From Pseudodesulfovibrio piezophilus C1TLV30 (GTDB lineage: Bacteria; Desulfobacterota; Desulfovibrionia; Desulfovibrionales; Desulfovibrionaceae): a DNA stretch of 32,000 nucleotides. A program made the translations under genes and the position numbers. The notes beneath the pieces were generated by a model. It saw only the letters and a program-made list of their open reading frames with translations, was not told where the DNA came from and ran no database searches. The stretch covers positions 2,700,001 through 2,732,000 of the forward strand of contig NC_020409.1 in NCBI RefSeq assembly GCF_000341895.1, given 5' to 3'. Shown here piece after piece: positions 1 to 11,135 of this stretch (positions are counted from its first letter, which is position 1; the number at the start of each line of letters is the position of its first letter).

Positions 1-1688
1 CTCGTGGGTTGATCCGTGATCGCAATGGAGACTTGTTGGCCGTTAACGAACCGGCATATGCTCTGGGGCTTGTCCGTGAAGATTGCCATGATATTGACAA
101 GACTCTGCATCAGGTTGCCATGTGGACCGGAGAAAAATTTGATGACCTCAAAGCCATTTACGTAAAAAAGCGTCCACGCGTAAAACAGTTTGAGCCGCTG
201 ATTCTCATACCGGATCTCTCATTTCACCAACTGGCCCTCATCGACGCCAACCGCCTTCGTTGGCCGGGATTGGAAATCCAGGTTCGGCCCAGGCGGCAGT
301 ATCGTTATGGGAAGTTGTTGGCGCATGTGCTCGGATATGTGGCGGAAGCCAATGAAGAAGAAATGGAAAAAAGGCCTGAGCTTGCCCTTGGTGATTATGT
401 CGGGAAGCAGGGGATTGAGCTGATGCTTGAGGATCGTATGCGCGGCGCCAAAGGGCTGACGCAGTTCGAAGTGGATGTCAATGGCCGACGGCTGAAGGAG
501 CGGGTTCTGAAACACCCCAGAGCCGGGCATGAAATTTCCTTGTCCATTGATCTTGAATTGCAGAAGCTCGCCATGGATTGGTTGGATGAAGAGGCCGGTG
601 CCGTGGCGGTCATGGATGCGGATACGGGGCAACTTTGGGCTTTGGCAACTGCGCCTTCCTATAATTCCAATGACTTTGCATCAGGTCTTTCCTCGGCTCA
701 ATGGGCTACTCTCCGTGATGATCCGCTTCACCCCATGCAAAATCGGGTCATTCAATCTATCTATCCTCCCGGTTCGGTGTTCAAGCATGTGGTGGCCGGT
801 GCCGGTCTGCACTTCGGAGAGATTGATCCGGAAGAAACGGTTCATTGCTCGGGGTCGGTCAAGCTCGGTAGGCACGTTTTCCGCTGCTGGAAAAAAGGTG
901 GCCATGGACATGTCAACATGGAGCGGGCTTTGGTTGAATCCTGTGACGTCTATTTTTACAAGATGGGTAAAAAGATCGGCGTGGATCATATGAGCGAATT
1001 TGCCAAGGCATGTGGTTTCGGGCAGAAAACCGGTATTCGATTGCCACATGAGAAGTCTGGTATCATTCCCACTGACAAATGGAAGCGAAAACGGTTCGGC
1101 GAAGGATGGCAGGGCGGCGATAATCTCAATATGGCCATTGGGCAGGGGTATACCCTGGTGACCCCGCTTCAGGTCGTGCGCTTTTTCTCCAGTCTTCTCA
1201 ACGGCGGGAAGTTGCTCAAACCGTTATTGGTCAAGGACGAGAAAACTGTGGTCCAAGGGCAAATACCGCTGACGAATACGCAGCTCGGCCTGCTTCATCG
1301 TGCTCTTGTGAGGACAGTGGATGACGTTCATGGGACGTGTCGCAGGATTCGAACAAAAGGGGTCGTGGTCGGTGGCAAGACGGGGACTGCCCAGGTTGTG
1401 CGATTGACGGATGATCTCAAGGAACTCAAAGACGACGAGATTCCGTATAAATTTCGTGATCATGCCTGGATGGCCGCAACCGCAGAAAAGGATGGCAGAC
1501 GTTTTGCCATTGTTGCCCTGGTAGAACATGGTCTGCATGGTGGGTCCGGGGCTGGTCCCATTGTCAAGGCTGTCATTGATTATCTTTTTCTGAACAAGGT
1601 TCGCAAAAAGCCTGAAGCTATGAAAGCCAAGGCCAGGGCTGCCCGCTTGCTGACACGCAGTTCCGTGAGGAAGGCTCATGCCAATTGA
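1..1688 (+). CDS. mrdA: Penicillin-binding protein 2 (elongasome transpeptidase), 5' end outside the window
   Basis: The frame is open from the window edge, so the TTG at 9 is only the ORF-track start. Transpeptidase motifs are present: SxxK (PPGSVFKH), SxD (ESCDVY) and KTG (GGKTGTAQ). The stop overlaps the rodA start by 11 nt, the classic mrdA-rodA arrangement. Confidence 0.9.
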   Translation, partial: RGLIRDRNGDLLAVNEPAYALGLVREDCHDIDKTLHQVAMWTGEKFDDLKAIYVKKRPRVKQFEPLILIPDLSFHQLALIDANRLRWPGLEIQVRPRRQYRYGKLLAHVLGYVAEANEEEMEKRPELALGDYVGKQGIELMLEDRMRGAKGLTQFEVDVNGRRLKERVLKHPRAGHEISLSIDLELQKLAMDWLDEEAGAVAVMDADTGQLWALATAPSYNSNDFASGLSSAQWATLRDDPLHPMQNRVIQSIYPPGSVFKHVVAGAGLHFGEIDPEETVHCSGSVKLGRHVFRCWKKGGHGHVNMERALVESCDVYFYKMGKKIGVDHMSEFAKACGFGQKTGIRLPHEKSGIIPTDKWKRKRFGEGWQGGDNLNMAIGQGYTLVTPLQVVRFFSSLLNGGKLLKPLLVKDEKTVVQGQIPLTNTQLGLLHRALVRTVDDVHGTCRRIRTKGVVVGGKTGTAQVVRLTDDLKELKDDEIPYKFRDHAWMAATAEKDGRRFAIVALVEHGLHGGSGAGPIVKAVIDYLFLNKVRKKPEAMKAKARAARLLTRSSVRKAHAN

Positions 1689-2790
1689 TAGACGGCTTCT
1701 TTTCTATATTAACTGGCCACTCCTGGGCGTGGCCGTCATTCTGTTCCTGCTTGGAGCGCTCAATCTGTATTCTGCCAGTGGGTACAGGTTGGAAGAGGGC
1801 ATGAGTATCGCTCCCTATTTCAACAAACAGTTGATTTGGGGGCTGATGGGACTTCTGGGCATGGTTGTTTTCATGTTCTTTGATTATCGCCATCTCAAAA
1901 CCATTGCGTGGCCGCTTTTTTGGGTAACAGTTTTGTTGCTGGTCGCGGTGTTCTTTGCAGGAAAGACCATTTACGGTGCGAAACGGTGGCTTGATCTCGG
2001 TTTCATGAATTTCCAGCCAAGTGAACTTGCCAAAATTTCGATTTTGATCATTGGCGCGCGAATCCTCTCCAAGGAGAGAGAGCCTCTTGATTTTCTGCGG
2101 CTAATTTATGTTCTCTTTGTGGGCATGGTCCTGGCTGGGTTGATCATTAAGCAACCGGACCTCGGTTCCGGTCTTTCCATTATTATGATTCTTGGCGGAA
2201 TGATTCTGTATCGTGGTGTGACACCGCGAGTTTTCAAGACTGCGCTTTTTCTGATACCCGCGACACTTCCGATGTCGTGGTTCTTTCTGCACGATTACCA
2301 GAAACAGCGCATCATGACCTTTTTGGACCCCACGACCGATCCGCTTGGAGCTGGATATCATATTATTCAATCCGAAATAGCGATTGGGTCCGGAGGTTTC
2401 TGGGGGAAGGGGTTTCTTGAGGGAACCCAGTCGCAGCTCCGGTTTTTGCCGGAAAGGCACACTGACTTTGCAGTGGCCGTTTTCGGTGAAGAATGGGGCT
2501 TTGCCGGGACTATGTTACTTTTGTCACTATTCTGTTTTTTTCTCTATCAAATGGTGCTCATTGCACGGGACGCCAGAGGTCTCTTCGGAAGCTATCTTGC
2601 GGCAGGCGTGTTCTTCTATTTCTTCTGGCAAATCCTTATAAATACGGGTATGGTCCTCGGGCTTATGCCAGTGGTTGGTATCCCTCTTCCATTCATTAGT
2701 TATGGGGGAAGCGCAACCCTGGTGAACTTCTGTCTCGTCGGGCTTGTGCTTAATGTGTCAATGCGTCGTTTCCTTTTTAAACAAGGATAG
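1678..2790 (+). CDS. rodA: SEDS-family peptidoglycan glycosyltransferase RodA
   Basis: 370-aa polytopic membrane protein. It carries SEDS signatures (FQPSELAKI, KQPDLGS, PERHTDFAVAVFGEEWGF, GIPLPFISYGGS) and lies directly downstream of mrdA, overlapping it. Confidence 0.92.
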   Translation: MPIDRRLLFYINWPLLGVAVILFLLGALNLYSASGYRLEEGMSIAPYFNKQLIWGLMGLLGMVVFMFFDYRHLKTIAWPLFWVTVLLLVAVFFAGKTIYGAKRWLDLGFMNFQPSELAKISILIIGARILSKEREPLDFLRLIYVLFVGMVLAGLIIKQPDLGSGLSIIMILGGMILYRGVTPRVFKTALFLIPATLPMSWFFLHDYQKQRIMTFLDPTTDPLGAGYHIIQSEIAIGSGGFWGKGFLEGTQSQLRFLPERHTDFAVAVFGEEWGFAGTMLLLSLFCFFLYQMVLIARDARGLFGSYLAAGVFFYFFWQILINTGMVLGLMPVVGIPLPFISYGGSATLVNFCLVGLVLNVSMRRFLFKQG

Positions 2791-2965
2791 ACAGGTCTGT
2801 TCCCAGAGGCTGGAAAGATTGTGATTCTTGGCGGTTTAAGCATGGAATTTCGGTTTTACCCAGTTGGATACAGGCCCCCCTGCTGTCATAGGAGCATTCG
2901 GGGGATTGCGACTCGTTGAGTGGGAGCCTCTGTTTCATAAACCGGATTGTGAGGAGCGCGTTTTC

Positions 2966-3334
2966 ATGGCGAGAGACGAAATCAACGCCTTTTTGGGCGC
3001 AGGGACTAACTACCAGGGAAAGCTGCACTTTCAGGGAGCAGTTCGTATCGATGGCAATTTCCGGGGGGAGGTTGTTTCAGATGGGACACTGGTTGTCGGT
3101 CAGGAAGCCGTAGTGGAAGGACTTATTCGAGTTGGACAACTTGTTCTTTCAGGGAATATCCAGGGAGAAGTCGAAGCCGCGACCAAAGTTGTTTTGCATA
3201 AGACGGCTAACTTGCAGGGGAATATAAAAACTCCTGTACTTGTTGTCGAGGAAGGCGCCGTTCTGGAAGGCCAACTCGACATGGGGAGCCTCGGTTCATC
3301 CGCTCCCATCGTATCTGAAGAAGAGTCCGATTAA
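2966..3334 (+). CDS. Bactofilin (polymer-forming cytoskeletal protein, DUF583 beta-helix)
   Basis: The protein begins MARDEINAFLGAGTNYQGKLHFQGAVRIDGNFRGEV and continues with repeated G-x-V/I-x-G windings typical of bactofilins. GAGGAG lies 9 nt upstream of the ATG at 2966. The longer ORF from 2864 adds 34 residues with no bactofilin similarity and no RBS. Confidence 0.85.
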   Translation: MARDEINAFLGAGTNYQGKLHFQGAVRIDGNFRGEVVSDGTLVVGQEAVVEGLIRVGQLVLSGNIQGEVEAATKVVLHKTANLQGNIKTPVLVVEEGAVLEGQLDMGSLGSSAPIVSEEESD

Positions 3335-3368
3335 CATTTTACAGCGCGTCAAATTGCTGTCTTAGGAA

Positions 3369-3419
3369 GCGTGTTAAAGGCAAAAAGCCTTTGACACGCG
3401 GCTTAAAATTACGTAATTG
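3369..3419 (+). promoter_or_regulatory. Candidate atp promoter (-35 TTGACA at 3391-3396, 17-nt spacer, -10 TAATTG at 3414-3419), overlapped by a 13-bp inverted repeat at 3369-3399
   Basis: Read directly. GCGTGTTAAAGGC, loop aaaaa, then GCCTTTGACACGC (one G-T pair). The right arm contains a perfect -35 hexamer. The -10 is imperfect. The element sits 48 nt upstream of the first atp gene. Confidence 0.3.
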
Positions 3420-3466
3420 GCAGTGACTTTGCGCCAAAATTCACAACCTATCTGGGGGCACACGGT

Positions 3467-3889
3467 ATGGTAGTACCTGACAAAACAATTTTTATCCAAG
3501 CAGTGAACTTCATCGTCACGATCTTCGTGCTGAATGTCCTGCTGATCAAACCGATCCGCGAAATCATTAGAAAACGCAAGGGTTTGATGGCTGATCAGCT
3601 GGAGAAAATCGAGGGCTTCAACGCAGACGCAGAGAGCAAGGTGGCTGATTATGAAATCCAGCTCACCGCTGCTCGCAAGGAAGCCAGCGATATCCGCTCC
3701 GCCATGAAGGATGAAGGCACTGCTGAAGAGCAGAAGCTGATGTCCGTTGCCGGTGAGGAGGCTTCCGGCACCATTCAGGCCGCTCGTGCTGAAATCAAGG
3801 CTGAGGTCAAGGGAGCCATGACTCAGTTGACCAAGGACGTCGAAAAATTCGCCGAAGCAGCTACGGGCAAGATCCTGGGCCAAGCCTAG
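3467..3889 (+). CDS. atpF2: F0F1 ATP synthase subunit b' (second b-type stator subunit)
   Basis: 140 aa with one N-terminal TM helix (IFIQAVNFIVTIFVLNVLLI), then PIREIIRKR and a long charged Ala/Glu/Lys-rich helix. It is the first gene of the atp cluster, immediately before subunit b. Confidence 0.8.
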   Translation: MVVPDKTIFIQAVNFIVTIFVLNVLLIKPIREIIRKRKGLMADQLEKIEGFNADAESKVADYEIQLTAARKEASDIRSAMKDEGTAEEQKLMSVAGEEASGTIQAARAEIKAEVKGAMTQLTKDVEKFAEAATGKILGQA

Positions 3890-3911
3890 ACGAGACAAGG
3901 AGGGTTTCACT

Positions 3912-4498
3912 TTGAAACGGATGTATGTGTTTAGTACGGTCTTGCTGACTGCCTTGGCGATCTCATCCATTGCTTTCGCCAATGAAGGCGGAGGGCACCA
4001 CATGGCCGGTTGGTTCCTCGAAGATTATCAAGTTGAACGGTATATCTTTCGTCTGATCAACCTGGCGTTGTTCCTCGGCATTATCTGGTGGCTGGCAGGA
4101 TCAAAGATCAAGGATTTCTTCGTGGGACGTCGCGACGGCATCAAGCTGGAGCTTGACGACTTGCAGACCCGCCAGGCTGATGCCGAGAAGAAACTCAAGG
4201 AAGTTGAGGCCGGTATCGCCAACATGGCTCAGGAAAAGCAGACCATTCTTGATGAGGCCAAGCAGCAGGGTGAAGCCATTAAAGAGGCTATCATCGCCAA
4301 GGCCCATAAGGATGCTGAAGCCCTGAAGGAACAGGCCAAGCGCACCGCTTCGAACGAAGCGCAGACTGCCATCAATTCCATTCGTGCCGAGATGGCCGAT
4401 ATGGTTGTCGCGGCTGCCGAGAAGATCGTTGCCGAAAAGCTGAGCGCTGATGATCACGAGAAACTCGTGGATGACTATTTAACGAAGGTGGTGCTCAA

Positions 4499-4502
<4 letters not shown>
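3912..4502 (+). CDS. atpF: F0F1 ATP synthase subunit b
   Basis: It has a hydrophobic TM segment (LINLALFLGIIWWLAG) followed by a long amphipathic coiled helix (RQADAEKKLKEVEAGI...). The TTG start has AAGGAGG 8 nt upstream. Its stop overlaps the atpH start (TTGA). Confidence 0.85.
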
Positions 4503-6563
<2,061 letters not shown>

Positions 6564-6577
6564 CTAAGGGGTAACGA

Positions 6578-7453
6578 ATGGCTTCGTTAAGAGACGTCCA
6601 AAATCAGATTGTTGGCGTCAAGAAAACCAAGCAGATCACCAAGGCCATGAATATGGTGGCCTCGGCAAAACTGCGCAACGCACAGGAGCGTATTGAACGC
6701 TTCCGTCCGTATGCGGACAAGTTTTACGAGATGCTGGGCGACTTGGCTGCCGGAGCTGACGAATCGGTACATCCGCTGCTGGAAGTCCGGGACGAAGTGA
6801 AAACCGTGGGCATCATGGTGACCACTTCGGATCGCGGCCTGTGCGGCGCATTCAATGTCAATATCATCAACAAGGCCATGAAGCTGGCCAGACAAAAAGC
6901 TTCTGAAGGAAAAACTGTCAAGCTCTACTGCATCGGCAAGAAAGCTCGTGACGCCTTCAGAAAGACTGAATACGAAATCATGCGCGCCGAAGGCGACGCC
7001 ATGAGCAGCTTTGACTTCACCTTGGCAGCCAGTGTCGGCAATGAGCTGATCACCGGATATGTCACAGGAGAACTCGATGAAGTTCATATCGTGTTTGGTG
7101 AGTTCCAGAGCATGGCGAAACAACCTCCCATCGACCTGACTATTCTGCCTATGGCAGCTCAGGCAGAAGGCGAGAGTGAAGAGTCCGGTTCTGGTGATTA
7201 CATGTATGAACCGTCCGTAGAGGGCCTGCTGGCCGAGCTTCTTCCTCGGTTTATCAAGGTCCAGGTCTATCGGGGTCTGCTGGATACTGCCAGCTCCGAG
7301 CATGCAGCTCGTATGGCCGCAATGGATAACGCCACCAAGGCTTGTGACGAACTGACGGACACCCTGACCTTGCTTTACAACAAGACAAGGCAGGCCGCCA
7401 TTACTGGCGATCTTATGGACATTGTCGGCGGCGTGGAAGCGCTGAAAGGATAA
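6578..7453 (+). CDS. atpG: F0F1 ATP synthase subunit gamma
   Basis: It starts MASLRDVQNQIVGVKKTKQITKAMNMVASAKLR and ends NKTRQAAITGDLMDIVGG, the standard gamma termini. Confidence 0.95.
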   Translation: MASLRDVQNQIVGVKKTKQITKAMNMVASAKLRNAQERIERFRPYADKFYEMLGDLAAGADESVHPLLEVRDEVKTVGIMVTTSDRGLCGAFNVNIINKAMKLARQKASEGKTVKLYCIGKKARDAFRKTEYEIMRAEGDAMSSFDFTLAASVGNELITGYVTGELDEVHIVFGEFQSMAKQPPIDLTILPMAAQAEGESEESGSGDYMYEPSVEGLLAELLPRFIKVQVYRGLLDTASSEHAARMAAMDNATKACDELTDTLTLLYNKTRQAAITGDLMDIVGGVEALKG

Positions 7454-7466
7454 AAGGGGGCTATGA

Positions 7467-8867
<1,401 letters not shown>

Positions 8868-8879
8868 GCGAGGTAATTC

Positions 8880-9302
8880 ATGGCTAATACTTTGAAACTT
8901 GAGATAGTCACTCCAGATCGGAAGGTCCTTTCCGAAGAAGTGGAATACGTTGGAGCTCCTGGTATCATGGGCGAATTCGGTGTCCTGCCGAGCCACGTTC
9001 CTTTTCTGTCCGCTCTGGGTGTTGGCAATCTCCACTATAAACAAGGTGGCAAGGCGTTTTATGTCTTTGTTGCCGGTGGATTCGCCGAAGTGAGCAACAA
9101 CCAGGTTACTGTCCTGGCTGAAGTCGCTGAAATGGCCACCGAGATTGACATTGATCGCGCCCAGAAGGCCAAAGCACGTGCTGAAGAGCGCGCAGCAAAG
9201 GTCAAGGAAAAACAAGAAGCGACACGCACTCAGGCTGCATTGCGCCGGGCAGTGTCCCGACTCAATTGCAAGTCGAGCGGCAAGTCTGCTGGCACTTGTT
9301 AA
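8880..9302 (+). CDS. atpC: F0F1 ATP synthase subunit epsilon
   Basis: 140 aa. It starts [35 protein letters not shown], a typical epsilon beta-sandwich N-terminus, and is the last gene of the cluster. Confidence 0.92.
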   Translation: MANTLKLEIVTPDRKVLSEEVEYVGAPGIMGEFGVLPSHVPFLSALGVGNLHYKQGGKAFYVFVAGGFAEVSNNQVTVLAEVAEMATEIDIDRAQKAKARAEERAAKVKEKQEATRTQAALRRAVSRLNCKSSGKSAGTC

Positions 9303-9321
9303 TTCCTGACACATACAAGCA

Positions 9322-9356
9322 AGAGGGGCAGGCTGAAAAGTCTGCCCCTCTTTTTG
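9322..9356 (+). terminator. Rho-independent terminator of the atp operon
   Basis: AGAGGGGCAG, a 10-nt loop, CTGCCCCTCT, then TTTTT. It starts 20 nt after the atpC stop. Confidence 0.8.
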
Positions 9357-9482
9357 GTCTGCCCTCCAAAAGATGGAGGATGGTAAGCCTTGCTGTTTTC
9401 AATTTGCATGAAAACAAAACAAGCTGTGTTCTCTTTGTCTTGAGTAAGACGCAAAAAACATATTTCACAGATGCGCTTCGAT

Positions 9483-9515
9483 AAAAAAAGGCCTCCCATG
9501 AATCTGGGAGGCCTT
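9483..9515 (-). terminator. Rho-independent terminator of the aminotransferase gene
   Basis: An 11-bp stem (AAGGCCTCCCA / TGGGAGGCCTT) with a 6-nt loop. The A7 run at 9483-9489 reads as a T-tract on the minus strand. It lies 24 nt downstream of the minus-strand stop. Confidence 0.75.
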
Positions 9516-9538
9516 CACCATTGGTGAAAGAAGAATGA

Positions 9539-10711
9539 TCAATTGCCAGTTAAAACTTTTCCGACACGTGAGAGGGCTTGTCTCAGAGTTGTTTCGTCAA
9601 CAGCATAGGAAAAGCGGATACACCTGTCGTCGCCGAACGCAGATCCGGGAACAAGCGCAACTCCAGCTTCTTCTAGAATCTTGGTACAAAGGCTCGCGGA
9701 ATCAGGCGCATCTTCGGTATAAAATTGATCAAGGACGGGGAAGAGGTAAAACGCGCCCCCTGGTTTGGGACACTGGGCGCCCCAGCCAGTGATAATCTCA
9801 TAGGCTATGTCACGACGGCGGACAAAAGATGTTTTCATTTCATCGACAATATCCCACGACCCGGACAATCCGGCGAGGGCTGCTTTTTGGGCGATGGAGT
9901 TGATGTTCGAGGTGGATTGTCCTTGTATCTTTGACATTGCCTTGATGAGGTCTTCGTGAGCAAGGGCGTAGCCCACACGCCAGCCTGTCATGCAGAAAGA
10001 TTTGGAAAGAGCACCGACGATAGCGATGGTATCCGGGTAGGTTTCCCACGTTTTGGCGAGAGAAACAGATGTTGCCGGAGCATAGACAAGGCGGTCATAA
10101 ACTTCGTCAGATATGATAAAGATATTATTTTTCCGCGCCCATGCTGCAATACTTTCCATTTGCTCCTGTGTATAACAACAGCCAGTAGGGTTGGACGGGG
10201 AATTAAGTATCAAGACAGTTGTCTTGGCTGTCCGTGCCTCTTCGAGAGAGTCCAAGGTTACGAGAAAATTTTCCTCGGCAGTGGTGGGCACGAAAACCGA
10301 TTTGCCCTCTGCCAATTGAACCATGGCTGGATAGCTTACCCAGTACGGTGCCGGAATCATCACCTCGTCACCTGGGTTCACGAGCGCCATCAGCAGGTTG
10401 AACAGGACCTGCTTGCCTCCATTGCTGACAATTGTGTTGTCCGCACATGCCTTGGCTTCATAAAATTTCGCATAATATTCAGCAACGGCTGTGCGTAGTT
10501 CCAGAATTCCCGGTACAGGTGTATACTTGGTGAATCCTTCATCCAGTGCAGCTTTGGCCGCATTACAGACGTGTTCTGGAGTGCCGTAATCAGGCTGCCC
10601 GACTGCAAGGCTGATTATTTCACGCCCTTGTGCCTTGAGTTCCTGAGCCTTGGTGTTGACGGCAAGAGTGGCTGACGGCTTGATTCGCGTCAGTCGTTCG
10701 GAAATACGCAT
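9539..10711 (-). CDS. PLP-dependent class I aminotransferase (aspartate aminotransferase-like, subgroup Ib)
   Basis: 390 aa. It has the N-terminal IKPSATLAV...GQPDYGTP, then NSPSNPTG, and the PLP-lysine motif SKSFCMTGWRVGY. Confidence 0.9.
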   Translation of the reverse strand: MRISERLTRIKPSATLAVNTKAQELKAQGREIISLAVGQPDYGTPEHVCNAAKAALDEGFTKYTPVPGILELRTAVAEYYAKFYEAKACADNTIVSNGGKQVLFNLLMALVNPGDEVMIPAPYWVSYPAMVQLAEGKSVFVPTTAEENFLVTLDSLEEARTAKTTVLILNSPSNPTGCCYTQEQMESIAAWARKNNIFIISDEVYDRLVYAPATSVSLAKTWETYPDTIAIVGALSKSFCMTGWRVGYALAHEDLIKAMSKIQGQSTSNINSIAQKAALAGLSGSWDIVDEMKTSFVRRRDIAYEIITGWGAQCPKPGGAFYLFPVLDQFYTEDAPDSASLCTKILEEAGVALVPGSAFGDDRCIRFSYAVDETTLRQALSRVGKVLTGN

Positions 10712-11135
10712 GGAAAACTCGCTTGGTGTTTATGTGTTCAAACCGTTTAAAACCCCCATAGACCAAATTATATTGAAGGTAAATCGTGATTTACCGTAAA
10801 AAGGGAAAAATATTCTGTGCGCGCACTGAGCTGTACAGTTTGCAGAGGGCATATATCGCTTCTTGAAACGTGCCGGGTGGCTGAGAGTAAAGCAGAAGTT
10901 CTGACGAATTCGAGACGGAAGAGGCCTTGAAAAGTCATTTTTAAACAGGGTCTGGTGCTTTAGTCTCAGGGGTATTAAGTGCGAGATGATCAGGAAAAAC
11001 TTCAAATCGAATTACAAGGAAGTATAGATATGCATAAGTGGTTTGTCCCTTAAGTTCAATTGATGTATAGAAATGATTCGTCCTCTTTATCTGAGGGTGA
11101 AGCTGTGTGGCGAAGGGTGATTTTCTGGAGTCTCT

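Noticed and set aside
2864-2965. An N-terminal 34-codon extension of the bactofilin ORF.
   Set aside because: The extension has no bactofilin-like sequence and no RBS. The internal ATG at 2966 has GAGGAG at ideal spacing and yields the canonical bactofilin N-terminus.
10730-11005. A 91-aa ORF in the aminotransferase/kinase intergenic region.
   Set aside because: It is AT-rich, has no RBS and has an atypical composition. It occupies what must be promoter space for two divergent genes.
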